This document shows positions 56,200 to 64,000 of a DNA stretch of 64,000 bases, one piece after another. A program made the position numbers and the translations under genes. Source of the DNA: an uncultured Roseibacillus sp. (lineage in GTDB: Bacteria; Verrucomicrobiota; Verrucomicrobiia; Verrucomicrobiales; Akkermansiaceae); contig CALFBF010000023.1 of assembly GCA_937949965.1 (NCBI GenBank), forward strand, positions 2,358 to 66,357, written 5' to 3'. Each line of letters opens with the position of its first letter. The stretch's first letter is position 1. The notes below the pieces were generated by a model. That model made no database searches, was not told where the DNA came from, and was given only the letters and a program-made list of their open reading frames with translations.

Positions 56200-57165
56200 A
56201 TGAGCGACCGGGTAGCTATCATGACCTCTGGCGGTGATTCCGCAGGGATGAATCCTGCAGTGAAATGTGCCACGGACTACGCCATCCAAAATGGTATGGA
56301 ACCCTACCTCGTCTACGACGGGCTGCGTGGTCTCATTGAAGACAAGATCAAGAAGGCTGAACCCGAGGATGTCTCCGGCATTTTGCACCGCGGCGGCACC
56401 ATCCTGCGTTCCTCTCGTTCCAAGCGCTTCTTCGATTATGAAGTGCGCAAAATCGCTTATAAAAATCTTAAAGAAAAAGGAATCAACAAGCTCCTCGTAA
56501 TCGGTGGTGATGGTTCCTTCAGCGCTCTCAACCAGTTTCACTCCGACTTCGAAATCCCCTTCGCAGGAGTCCCGGCTACCATTGATAACGACATCCCAGG
56601 CACCGATTACTGCCTCGGGGTAGATACCGCGCTCAATGTCATTCTGAACTCCATCGACTCGATTCGTGATACCGCGACCTCCTTCTCACGCGCCTTTGTG
56701 GTGGAGGTAATGGGACGTCACTGCGGCTACCTCGCCATGGTGAGCGCTCTCTCTTGTGGCGCCGAGATTTGCCTCGTGCCTGAGCTCGACTACAACCTCG
56801 ATCAGATGCAAGAGCGTCTCCGTGCGGAGAAAGAAGGAGGCCGCACTTACCTCATCGCGATCGTCGCGGAGGGAGTGAAGATGGGTGACTATCTAACCCG
56901 CTGGATTGGCGATACTCTCCAGATGGATTCCCGCCTCACCGTTCTCGGTCACACGCAGCGTGGGGGCTCTCCTACCGTGCGCGACCGCATCATGGCTTAC
57001 CACTTCGCCACTGGTGCTATCGACTCTCTACAACGTGGTGAGACGAGCCGGATCATGACCTATCAAGACGGCGTCTACGGCACTACTAGTGTACGCGAAG
57101 TTGCGGAGGGCAAGGCGGTGATGAGCGAAAAAATCCTCAAGCTTTGTAAGCCACTCTGCTCGTGA
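56200..57165 (+). CDS. pfkA: ATP-dependent 6-phosphofructokinase
   Basis: IMTSGGDSAGMNPAV, VIGGDGSF, VPATIDNDIPGTDY, VEVMGRHCGYLA, LGHTQRGG. 321 aa. Confidence 0.95.
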   Translation: MSDRVAIMTSGGDSAGMNPAVKCATDYAIQNGMEPYLVYDGLRGLIEDKIKKAEPEDVSGILHRGGTILRSSRSKRFFDYEVRKIAYKNLKEKGINKLLVIGGDGSFSALNQFHSDFEIPFAGVPATIDNDIPGTDYCLGVDTALNVILNSIDSIRDTATSFSRAFVVEVMGRHCGYLAMVSALSCGAEICLVPELDYNLDQMQERLRAEKEGGRTYLIAIVAEGVKMGDYLTRWIGDTLQMDSRLTVLGHTQRGGSPTVRDRIMAYHFATGAIDSLQRGETSRIMTYQDGVYGTTSVREVAEGKAVMSEKILKLCKPLCS

Positions 57166-57187
57166 GCCTGAGCATTCGGCAGCAAAC

Positions 57188-58525
57188 CTATACCAGATCA
57201 CCTATCGAGCCAAAACCAGGTTCGAAGAGACGGCGATACATGCGTGCGGTGGAACCATCGGTCATCCCAGCCAGGTAATCGCAAATCAGGCGCGCCCGCG
57301 CGGCCTCATTCGGCGCCGCTGCTATCTCCTTCTCATCCGCCGGTCGCAGGATGGGAAAGGTCTGGCCATCAATGGGGAGTTCTTTGACATAACGGGTCTC
57401 TAACAGTTCCCACAATTTGCGAAGGATGTAGCTCCCCTTATGTTCAAGCTGTTTTAACTCCGGAGAGAGAAAGACGACATCGAAGGCCAGCTTTTTGAAG
57501 AGTGCGCTCTCCGCTCTCACGTCTCGCGTGATCGAGATTCCATAGCGGTAACGGTTAGATTCTCCGCTCATGAAGTTGACCCGTTCGGTCAAGGTCACCG
57601 CTTTGATATACGCTCCAATACGAGCACCGGCAAAGGAGTCAATACGTCCACGCTGAATCGCCTTCTTAAGCCCTCCTAGAGGAGAATCCTCACTGGTATC
57701 AAACTGATTTTCCTCGGCCCATGCCTCCAACTTCTCAATTGTGAGAAAGCCCGCTCGAGTCGCATCCGCAAGGTCGTTGAGCGAATAAGCGGTATCATCC
57801 GCCCAATCCATTACTTCGCATTCAATCGACTTAAAGTCATTACGCACCTTACCCACAGTCAGCTCCGCAGGATAGTCTCGCCCTCCGAGTACAAAATCGA
57901 GGTAATGAGCCTGCTGGTCGTAGATGAAGTGATGCTCGGGACGCTCACCTCCGGCACTCATCTCACTCCAGAGTGACTTATACTTCAGTATGCTATCTAG
58001 GAACGCGCGCGAGGGGTCCATCCCTTTTCTCTTCTCACTAAAAATACGCTCCGATAGCAAACGCAGGGTCTGTGCGTTACCCTCAAAGCCTCCATAATTC
58101 CGCATGAAATGATTCAGCGAACGCTCGCCCGCGTGGCCAAAAGGCGGATGCCCCAAATCGTGCGAAAGGCAAGCCGCCTCCACCAAATCAGCATCAATGT
58201 AAAAATTCTCGGCAAGAACCTCGCTCGACTTCTGCAACCAATCACAGATTCCTCGCCCAATCTGAGCTACTTCCAAAGAATGAGTGAGCCGGGTACGATA
58301 GAAATCATACTCCCCGCTCCAGAAGACTTGCGTCTTACTCTGCAAAGAACGAAACCCCGGAGTATGAAGCACCCGATCCCGATCAATCTGGAAAGTACTC
58401 CGGTAATCCTCACCAACTTGGCGGCCGGAAAGCCGTTCCTGATCAAAATCGCGGTAAAATTGATTCTTCAAGCACCTAAGTTGGACCCTGCTCGCAAGGC
58501 AAGCAAGCTTGGCTACGGTTCGCAA
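57188..58525 (-). CDS. dgt: dGTP triphosphohydrolase-like HD-domain protein
   Basis: FQIDRDRVLHTPGFRSLQSKTQVF, RTRLTHSLEVAQIGR, HDLGHPPFGHAGE, DWADDTAYSLNDL. The true start may be a downstream TTG (about 58471). Confidence 0.88.
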   Translation of the reverse strand: MRTVAKLACLASRVQLRCLKNQFYRDFDQERLSGRQVGEDYRSTFQIDRDRVLHTPGFRSLQSKTQVFWSGEYDFYRTRLTHSLEVAQIGRGICDWLQKSSEVLAENFYIDADLVEAACLSHDLGHPPFGHAGERSLNHFMRNYGGFEGNAQTLRLLSERIFSEKRKGMDPSRAFLDSILKYKSLWSEMSAGGERPEHHFIYDQQAHYLDFVLGGRDYPAELTVGKVRNDFKSIECEVMDWADDTAYSLNDLADATRAGFLTIEKLEAWAEENQFDTSEDSPLGGLKKAIQRGRIDSFAGARIGAYIKAVTLTERVNFMSGESNRYRYGISITRDVRAESALFKKLAFDVVFLSPELKQLEHKGSYILRKLWELLETRYVKELPIDGQTFPILRPADEKEIAAAPNEAARARLICDYLAGMTDGSTARMYRRLFEPGFGSIGDLV

Positions 58526-58622
58526 ATGTTATCGAATCATTGATAACTTGGAAACGCGAACAGCATTAGCGAAGCAAAATCTGTTCACAGTAATTATTTT
58601 CTGTAATGTCCCGGAATAACCG

Positions 58623-59363
58623 ATGCTGTTTCGGCCAAAAAAATTTCATTTTCCGCAACCAGGGATGGCCTTCCATACCCTAGTTCCTTTGGCCACCCTA
58701 TTCATCTTTCTTCTCTCGCAAGCTCTTGGCGGTCCTGAAGGCAAACACGCAGAATGGTATCTCGCTCTTGGCCTTTCACAGCAAGGAATCCTGAAGAACT
58801 ACCACCTCTGGCAACTAGTGAGTCACCCATTCCTGCATGGGAACTTCTCTCATTGGTTCACCAATGCTTTTTTTCTCTATTACTTCGGGGGCCGTATCCA
58901 CCATATCTATGGCGAAAAGGAAGTGTGGCGCACCGCAGGCCTCGCTACTCTAACAGGCGGCATTTTCCACCTCATCTTTCAAGGCAATGGGCTGCTTATC
59001 GGAGCCTCGGGCGCAGGGTTAGGCTTGTTTGTGGCTCTTGCGACCATCTCGCCAGACTCGCGAATGTTTCCTCTTCCCATGCGCGCAATTAATCTACGCG
59101 ATGGGATCTTACTCTCGTGTCTCATCCTCCTGCTCATGGTTCCTCATCTTGGAGTTCCCGTTTTCAGCAGTCTCGGGTTATCGATTACACAACGCTATCC
59201 TACAGAAGGGTGGGCTTTATTCCAAATTGGACACGCCTGCCACCTCGGTGGCGGCTTGGCAGGGATGCTGGCGATGCGCAAATACTTCCGCAAACCGATC
59301 ACACTTGCGCAATTACAAGAAGACCGAGCACGCCGTGAAGAAGACGAGAACGAGGCCGCTTAA
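58623..59363 (+). CDS. Rhomboid-family intramembrane serine protease
   Basis: Six TM segments. HGNFSHWFTN, catalytic GASGAGLGL, catalytic His in ACHLGGGLAGM. Confidence 0.85.
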   Translation: MLFRPKKFHFPQPGMAFHTLVPLATLFIFLLSQALGGPEGKHAEWYLALGLSQQGILKNYHLWQLVSHPFLHGNFSHWFTNAFFLYYFGGRIHHIYGEKEVWRTAGLATLTGGIFHLIFQGNGLLIGASGAGLGLFVALATISPDSRMFPLPMRAINLRDGILLSCLILLLMVPHLGVPVFSSLGLSITQRYPTEGWALFQIGHACHLGGGLAGMLAMRKYFRKPITLAQLQEDRARREEDENEAA

Positions 59364-59378
59364 GCCACTGCTAAGTTG

Positions 59379-59762
59379 TTAGTACCGACATCCGGAAAAA
59401 CCTCCGAACCCCCCTCTTCTATATCCGCCGTATCCCCCAAAACGAGAAAACCCCCTATGGCCAAATCCATGGCCAAATCCACCGTGGCCAAATCTGCTAT
59501 ATCCAAAACCACGATGACCAAATCCGCTACCGCGAAACGAAGAGACTGGAACAACATGATTTTGTGAAAGTGAGGCCTGAGAACGCACCGGCACAGAATG
59601 CGCTACCGCTACCGACTCAGTAGAATTTGACTCGTGAAATTCTCCAGGAGCTACCGGCTGTGAGAAGTATGCCTCTGCATGTCCATCATACTTATTGTAA
59701 CTTGCGCAGGAAGAGAGAACGAGTAGGCCTACTCCTCCTAGAATTTTGCTTAACTGATTCAT
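59379..59762 (-). CDS. Lipoprotein with a Gly/Phe/His/Arg-rich repeat tail
   Basis: Start at ATG 59762: MNQLSKILGGVGLLVLSSCAS (lipobox). The C-terminal 50 aa read GSGFGHRGFGYSRFGHGGFGHGFGHRGFSRFGGYGGYRRGGFGGFSGCRY. Confidence 0.6.
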   Translation of the reverse strand: MNQLSKILGGVGLLVLSSCASYNKYDGHAEAYFSQPVAPGEFHESNSTESVAVAHSVPVRSQASLSQNHVVPVSSFRGSGFGHRGFGYSRFGHGGFGHGFGHRGFSRFGGYGGYRRGGFGGFSGCRY

Positions 59763-59864
59763 CGATTGATTTAACGTTACCATAAAAGCTCTTATTCATT
59801 TTTCCCCTAATCAACGAAGATTTGACATTTCTCGTTGAATCACTTTCGCTCGTGCTCTCGACTC

Positions 59865-60869
59865 ATGAGTAAAAAAACCACCCTCGTTGTAGGCGGTGCA
59901 GGCTATATTGGCTCTCACACAGTTCGTCTTCTTGCCTCCCAAGACCGAGACGTTCTCGTCCTCGACAACCTCGTCTATGGCCATCGCGACGCTCTCGTTG
60001 ATGACCGAGTCCACTTCATCAAGGGTAGTCTCTCTGATCGCGCTCTCTTAGACCAAATCTTTACCGACTACGACGTGGATGTCGTGCTCCACTTTGCCGC
60101 TTTCATCAATGTCGGCGAATCAGTCAAAGACCCCCTTAAATATTACCAAAACAACACCGCCGATCCCGTTACCCTTCTCGAAGCGATGCGCGATCATGGG
60201 GTGAAAGGCTTTGTCCTCTCCTCCACTGCGGCAGTCTACGGCGAACCGGTCGAGGTTCCTATCATAGAGAGCCATCCTCTCCAGCCCGTTAATCCTTACG
60301 GTTGGTCCAAGCTCATGTTGGAACAGATCCTCGCGGACTGCGATCAAGCATGGGGCCTCAAGAGTGCCTGTCTCCGTTACTTCAATGCCTCAGGCTCATG
60401 GGGAGATGGACTCATTGGAGAAGCCCACGACCCAGAGACCCACCTCATCCCCAATGTCCTTCTCGCCATTCAAGGAAAGATCGACAAAATGACCGTCTTT
60501 GGCACCGATTACGATACTCCTGACGGCACTTGCGTGCGTGATTACATCCATGTTCTCGACTTGGCCGACGCACACGCTAAAGCACTCGATCACCTTAAAG
60601 GAGGCGGAGACTCCATTCGCTGCAATCTCGGAACTGGTCTTGGCGTGTCCGTCAGAGAGATCCTAGATGCCGCACGCGAAGTGACCGGCAAAGAGGTCCC
60701 TGTTGAGTATGGCGAACGCCGTGCTGGTGACCCTGCACGCCTAGTCGCTGACCCATCTCTCGCGAAAGAAGTACTCGGCTGGGAAGCAAAACACCAAGAG
60801 GCCAAAGACATGGTTGAATCCGCTTGGCAATGGATGACAGGGCCTCGCGGCGGCCAGTTCGAAAAGTAA
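59865..60869 (+). CDS. galE: UDP-glucose 4-epimerase
   Basis: Start at ATG 59865: MSKKTTLVVGGAGYIGSH. SSTAAVYG, the YxxxK motif in NPYGWSKLM, RYFNASG, DYIHVLDLADAH. Confidence 0.95.
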   Translation: MSKKTTLVVGGAGYIGSHTVRLLASQDRDVLVLDNLVYGHRDALVDDRVHFIKGSLSDRALLDQIFTDYDVDVVLHFAAFINVGESVKDPLKYYQNNTADPVTLLEAMRDHGVKGFVLSSTAAVYGEPVEVPIIESHPLQPVNPYGWSKLMLEQILADCDQAWGLKSACLRYFNASGSWGDGLIGEAHDPETHLIPNVLLAIQGKIDKMTVFGTDYDTPDGTCVRDYIHVLDLADAHAKALDHLKGGGDSIRCNLGTGLGVSVREILDAAREVTGKEVPVEYGERRAGDPARLVADPSLAKEVLGWEAKHQEAKDMVESAWQWMTGPRGGQFEK

Positions 60870-60977
60870 ACGAGGTTATTTGAGAAAAAAACTTCTCTCC
60901 TGTTGCCATTGTAAATACATTTCTTGCTTTTTAGCTGGTCAGGGTCTAGGTTCTTACTCACAACTCTAGGCTAAACC

Positions 60978-61667
60978 ATGCACAAAAGTCTTTACCCCTC
61001 TTCCCGAAACCGAGGTTTCACCCTAATCGAGCTTCTCGTCGTGGTAGGAATCATGGCCGCCATGCTTTCCATCGCCGCGGTAGGAATTCAAAATGTTGAT
61101 AAAGGCCAAGCCACCGTTGCGGGGCTCTCTCAAACGCAAGCCCTCATGGACGAGGCTCGTAGTCTTGCCATCGGACGCGGCACCCGTGCACGGCTTTGCA
61201 TCCACGCCGATTCCAGCGAAGAAGAACGGAATCTCAGCTTTATGGTCGTCGCTTACGAAGAAATCGAACGCAACGCTGAGGGTGAAGAAACTGGACGTCA
61301 ATGGCGAGTCGATTCTAGAGGCAGCAGTCTCCCCAACGGAGTCTACTTCCACCCTGACCTTTCAGAGAACGCTTCTTCTCAAGTTTCAGGTTTAGGAACC
61401 TTCGGTAGCAATGGGACTGGCGTCCGCTTCCCTGGTGATCGTCGTTCGGTTCGTAATCCAAATTACTTCTACTACGAATTCAACGCCGAGGGACTTGCTA
61501 GCGAAGAAGGGCAGAACGACCCCGGAGCAGCATTCGTTCTCTGTCGTGGTGTGACTGGGCCTGGCGCCTCTCAACCACGGGTGATTGGTAACGATGTCGA
61601 CGGCTTTATTGTATGGCGCAATGGACGAACTTCTCCCATTCGCGACACCAGCTCAATTAGCCAATAA
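60978..61667 (+). CDS. Prepilin-type N-terminal cleavage/methylation domain protein (pseudopilin)
   Basis: Class III signal ...RNRG/FTLIELLVVVGIMAAML, with Gly-1, Phe+1 and Glu+5. 229 aa. Confidence 0.8.
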   Translation: MHKSLYPSSRNRGFTLIELLVVVGIMAAMLSIAAVGIQNVDKGQATVAGLSQTQALMDEARSLAIGRGTRARLCIHADSSEEERNLSFMVVAYEEIERNAEGEETGRQWRVDSRGSSLPNGVYFHPDLSENASSQVSGLGTFGSNGTGVRFPGDRRSVRNPNYFYYEFNAEGLASEEGQNDPGAAFVLCRGVTGPGASQPRVIGNDVDGFIVWRNGRTSPIRDTSSISQ

Positions 61668-61694
61668 AAGCTCTATTTCACCTCCAATACACTC

Positions 61695-62411
61695 ATGAGT
61701 CAGAAAAATTCACGTGGTTTCACTTTATTAGAAGTCCTTCTCGCTATTTCAGTTGTGGCTATCCTCTTGACCACTTTCTTAGCAGTCTTTGGCCCTGCCA
61801 CCAATACCATCCGACGAGCAGTTAGCGTCCAAGATGCTGATCGCTTAGCTACTGCTTTGGAAAAAGAACTCTCTACTCTCCGCGAAGACGAGATTGGCCG
61901 TTTCGAGACTCCCTTTTCTAAAGCTTTCGAATGGATTTCTAGCTCTAGTTCTCTCGATAGCGCAATCGTTCTCTTCAACTACCGAGGAGATACGAGCCAA
62001 GTCATCAATGGCAAGTTAGAAGCATATCTTGAACAAAATGGCGAACCTGGCAGAGATTACCTCGTGCAATCTGCGGTGCGTCGCCTCAGTGGTGAAAACA
62101 AAGATCTGGAACCTCTCCTCGAAGCTGTTGAAGGCCGTGTCTTCGTCGTTCGTATGCGTCAGCTTGTTCGAGATGGCAACGGAGGGCTAACCGCAACCGA
62201 CTCAGGCAATGGCCTCGTTGGCGGAGATGGCGAAGGAGCTACCAGCGCAGAAGAGTTTGACGATGCTGTCATCACCTTCCAGACCGATTTCTATGCTCTC
62301 CCAGCCAATAGCTTCCAGTATGTAACTGGGCCTCTCGCTCGTGGCGGCAACGATTTTGAAGGCACGCTTGGCTCCCCACTTTTCTCCCGTGCGATGGCTG
62401 TCCGTCGATAA
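61695..62411 (+). CDS. Prepilin-type N-terminal cleavage/methylation domain protein (pseudopilin)
   Basis: MSQKNSRG/FTLLEVLLAISVVAILL, with Glu+5. 238 aa. Confidence 0.8.
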   Translation: MSQKNSRGFTLLEVLLAISVVAILLTTFLAVFGPATNTIRRAVSVQDADRLATALEKELSTLREDEIGRFETPFSKAFEWISSSSSLDSAIVLFNYRGDTSQVINGKLEAYLEQNGEPGRDYLVQSAVRRLSGENKDLEPLLEAVEGRVFVVRMRQLVRDGNGGLTATDSGNGLVGGDGEGATSAEEFDDAVITFQTDFYALPANSFQYVTGPLARGGNDFEGTLGSPLFSRAMAVRR

Positions 62412-62432
62412 CGATTCATTGTTATTCCTATT

Positions 62433-63344
62433 ATGAAAAACCTTCTTTCCTCTCAAAAAACCTCTTCAAAAGGTTTCACTCTCGTCGAACTTCTCGTCGC
62501 TCTCGGCGTCACCGCAGTGATCGTTTCTATGCTAGTCACGATCACCGCAACTGCGCTTGACGGCTATACGACGAGCCGAAACACCATCAAAGCCTCCCGA
62601 GAAGCCAGAGCAGCCTTCGATCAGATGACTCGCGACCTCGAGTCTATCGTAGTCCGTTCCGGCACTAACTTTGAGTGGCTCTGGATTTCGTCTGAGCAAA
62701 ATGCGCCAGGACCAAGCGACAATCCTAGTCCCAACGCCTCGCGAGCGGTCTTCTTCACTACCGCAACTGATCGCTACAATGGGGCCTTAAATACTTCGAG
62801 CGACAACGGCGGTGATGTTTCAACCGTTGCCTATCGCCTCCTGTTCCGCGATCCCATCACCGATAGCGACGACGAAGAGTTTGCGAGCTTCATCCTCTAT
62901 CGTCAGCTCATCAACCCTGACGAAACCTTCGAAAACCTCCTCGGCCAACCCGATTTAGAAACCGCTTATCAAGCCTTCGAGAATAATGAATCCAATCCCG
63001 AAAACTTCGTCTGCGAAAATATCTACGAATTCAGCCTCTCTTTCTCTATCGAGTTTTTAGAAAATGGAGTCACCCGTACTGAACGTGTCCTCGTCGTCAA
63101 CTCTGGAGGCCGTGACAGCGTCAACGACTTCAGACTTCGTGGCGACCAGATCGTTGCGGACAATGATAACCAAGCAGTATTCTCTAACGGACGTATCATC
63201 TCGGCTGACCTCTCGATAACTGTTATCAACGATACTGCCTTGGAACTCCTTCGTAATGGTAGCCTCCCACAAGCAGCCAAGACCCGACTCCTTGAGGAAA
63301 ATAGCCACTACTACGCGAAGACAATTCTCCTCCCACAGCCTTAG
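62433..63344 (+). CDS. Prepilin-type N-terminal cleavage/methylation domain protein (pseudopilin, GspJ/PulJ-sized)
   Basis: ...TSSKG/FTLVELLVALGVTAVIV, with Glu+5. 303 aa. Confidence 0.8.
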   Translation: MKNLLSSQKTSSKGFTLVELLVALGVTAVIVSMLVTITATALDGYTTSRNTIKASREARAAFDQMTRDLESIVVRSGTNFEWLWISSEQNAPGPSDNPSPNASRAVFFTTATDRYNGALNTSSDNGGDVSTVAYRLLFRDPITDSDDEEFASFILYRQLINPDETFENLLGQPDLETAYQAFENNESNPENFVCENIYEFSLSFSIEFLENGVTRTERVLVVNSGGRDSVNDFRLRGDQIVADNDNQAVFSNGRIISADLSITVINDTALELLRNGSLPQAAKTRLLEENSHYYAKTILLPQP

Positions 63345-63401
63345 TGTAAACGAAGGCAAAAGCGAGTTGCGATTGGCCTTTCCTTCTTACAGTGTGAGGA
63401 A

Positions 63402-64000
63402 GTGATTGAATCTCTCCGCCTCGCTGACTTCCGTTGCCTTACGGGACTCGCAATCGAGATTCCAAAACAAGGCCTCGTCTTTGTAGGCCGTAATGCACAG
63501 GGAAAGACTTCTCTGTTAGAAGCCATTTGCGTGTTGGTAAGACTCCACTCTCCACGCACTCATCGGCCTCGACAAATGGTCAAATTTGAGGCCCCTCGCT
63601 TCGGCATCGCGGGGAAGGCATGGGGAAGTGAACGGCGAGTCGACTTTTGCCAAGGCACATACACCCTTAAAGTCGATGATGAGGAAAGAACCTCCCAAGG
63701 AGAATATCTTGCCGATGGCGGCCTTGTCGTCTGGATGGGTAATGAAGATCGGGAGCTCGTCACTGGACCAGCGGAAGGACGCCGACGCTACCTCGACTTT
63801 ATGGCGTCTCAGATTGTCCCCGGCTATCGGCGTGCTCTCTCCCGCTATCGCAAGGCCTTGCAAGAACGCAATGCCTTGCTACGAGATGGACGAGGCCGGA
63901 GCCAAGAGATGTCTTCTTTTACCGAACTCCTGCTGCAACACGGACAAGAGGTAACGGAAGGGCGACGAAAAATTATTGCCAGTCTGGAACAACCTGTCAC
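63402..64000 (+). CDS. recF: DNA replication and repair protein RecF, 3'-truncated by the window edge (not in the ORF track)
   Basis: Hand translation from GTG 63402, with no stop before the window end: (M)IESLRLADFRCLTGLAIEIPKQGLVFVGRNAQGKTSLLEAICVL...GPAEGRRRYLDFMASQ...YRKALQERNALL. RecF Walker A and conserved N-terminal layout. Confidence 0.9.
   Translation, partial: MIESLRLADFRCLTGLAIEIPKQGLVFVGRNAQGKTSLLEAICVLVRLHSPRTHRPRQMVKFEAPRFGIAGKAWGSERRVDFCQGTYTLKVDDEERTSQGEYLADGGLVVWMGNEDRELVTGPAEGRRRYLDFMASQIVPGYRRALSRYRKALQERNALLRDGRGRSQEMSSFTELLLQHGQEVTEGRRKIIASLEQPV

Noticed and set aside
55939-56541. A 200-aa minus-strand ORF spans the vapC 3' end, the intergenic region and the pfkA 5' end.
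   Set aside because: It overlaps two well-supported plus-strand genes and shows no motifs. It is most likely a chance open frame.
59379-59560. Short direct DNA repeats (ggccaaatcc units) could be mistaken for a repeat array.
   Set aside because: They are in frame and encode the GFGH low-complexity tail. There is no spacer/repeat architecture, so this is not a CRISPR array.

Overview
This is a 64-kb chromosomal window with about 60 genes. Most are housekeeping genes, with two polysaccharide-export loci among them. Prepilin-type GFTL(I/V)ELL N-termini, an LpxC-FabZ fusion, frequent GTG/TTG starts and weak Shine-Dalgarno usage suggest a PVC-superphylum (Verrucomicrobiota/Opitutae-like) bacterium. 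That is inference only.

Gene content, left to right:
- uvrB (3' part).
- A tight minus-strand cluster: ALS-like TPP enzyme, aldehyde dehydrogenase, gdhA, GR-like flavoprotein.
- A 762-bp non-coding gap, then a secreted beta-propeller.
- EPS export module 1 (beta-barrel, short OPX, PCP/kinase-like).
- A divergent assembly operon: Zn-ribbon membrane protein, Wzx-like flippase, methyltransferase, PIG-L deacetylase, GT4. Two glycosyltransferase-type genes converge on it (one GT4, one divergent GT-B-like).
- yggS, prc and a PDZ protein.
- EPS export module 2 (Ala-rich secreted protein, beta-barrel, canonical Wzc, short OPX).
- tRNA-Gly(UCC), nif3, lpxC-fabZ, manA, trpS, recA, two tandem thioredoxin-like secreted proteins.
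- fumC, a DUF937-like protein, a cupin, dapA, a cysteine desulfurase, a DUF3500 protein, a flavoprotein, argD.
- A small lipoprotein that is not in the ORF track, a TM-TPR protein coupled to comEC, trmB, a deaminase, galK.
- A vapBC pair whose PIN toxin carries an in-frame TAG.
- pfkA, a dGTPase, a rhomboid protease, a Gly/His/Phe-rich lipoprotein, galE, three tandem pseudopilins.
- The 5' part of recF, open to the window end and also not in the ORF track.

I saw no rRNA, CRISPR array, transposase, integrase or phage genes. I found no clear-cut novel multi-gene system such as a defence island.

The most interesting items are:
- The two paralogous short-OPX/beta-barrel/PCP export modules, one with an atypical kinase-like PCP.
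- The ALS-like/ALDH/GdhA cluster.
- The freshly inactivated vapC.
- Several uncharacterised low-complexity or membrane proteins.

All family calls come from motifs read by eye and remembered family signatures. No searches or statistics were run, and start codons are often ambiguous.
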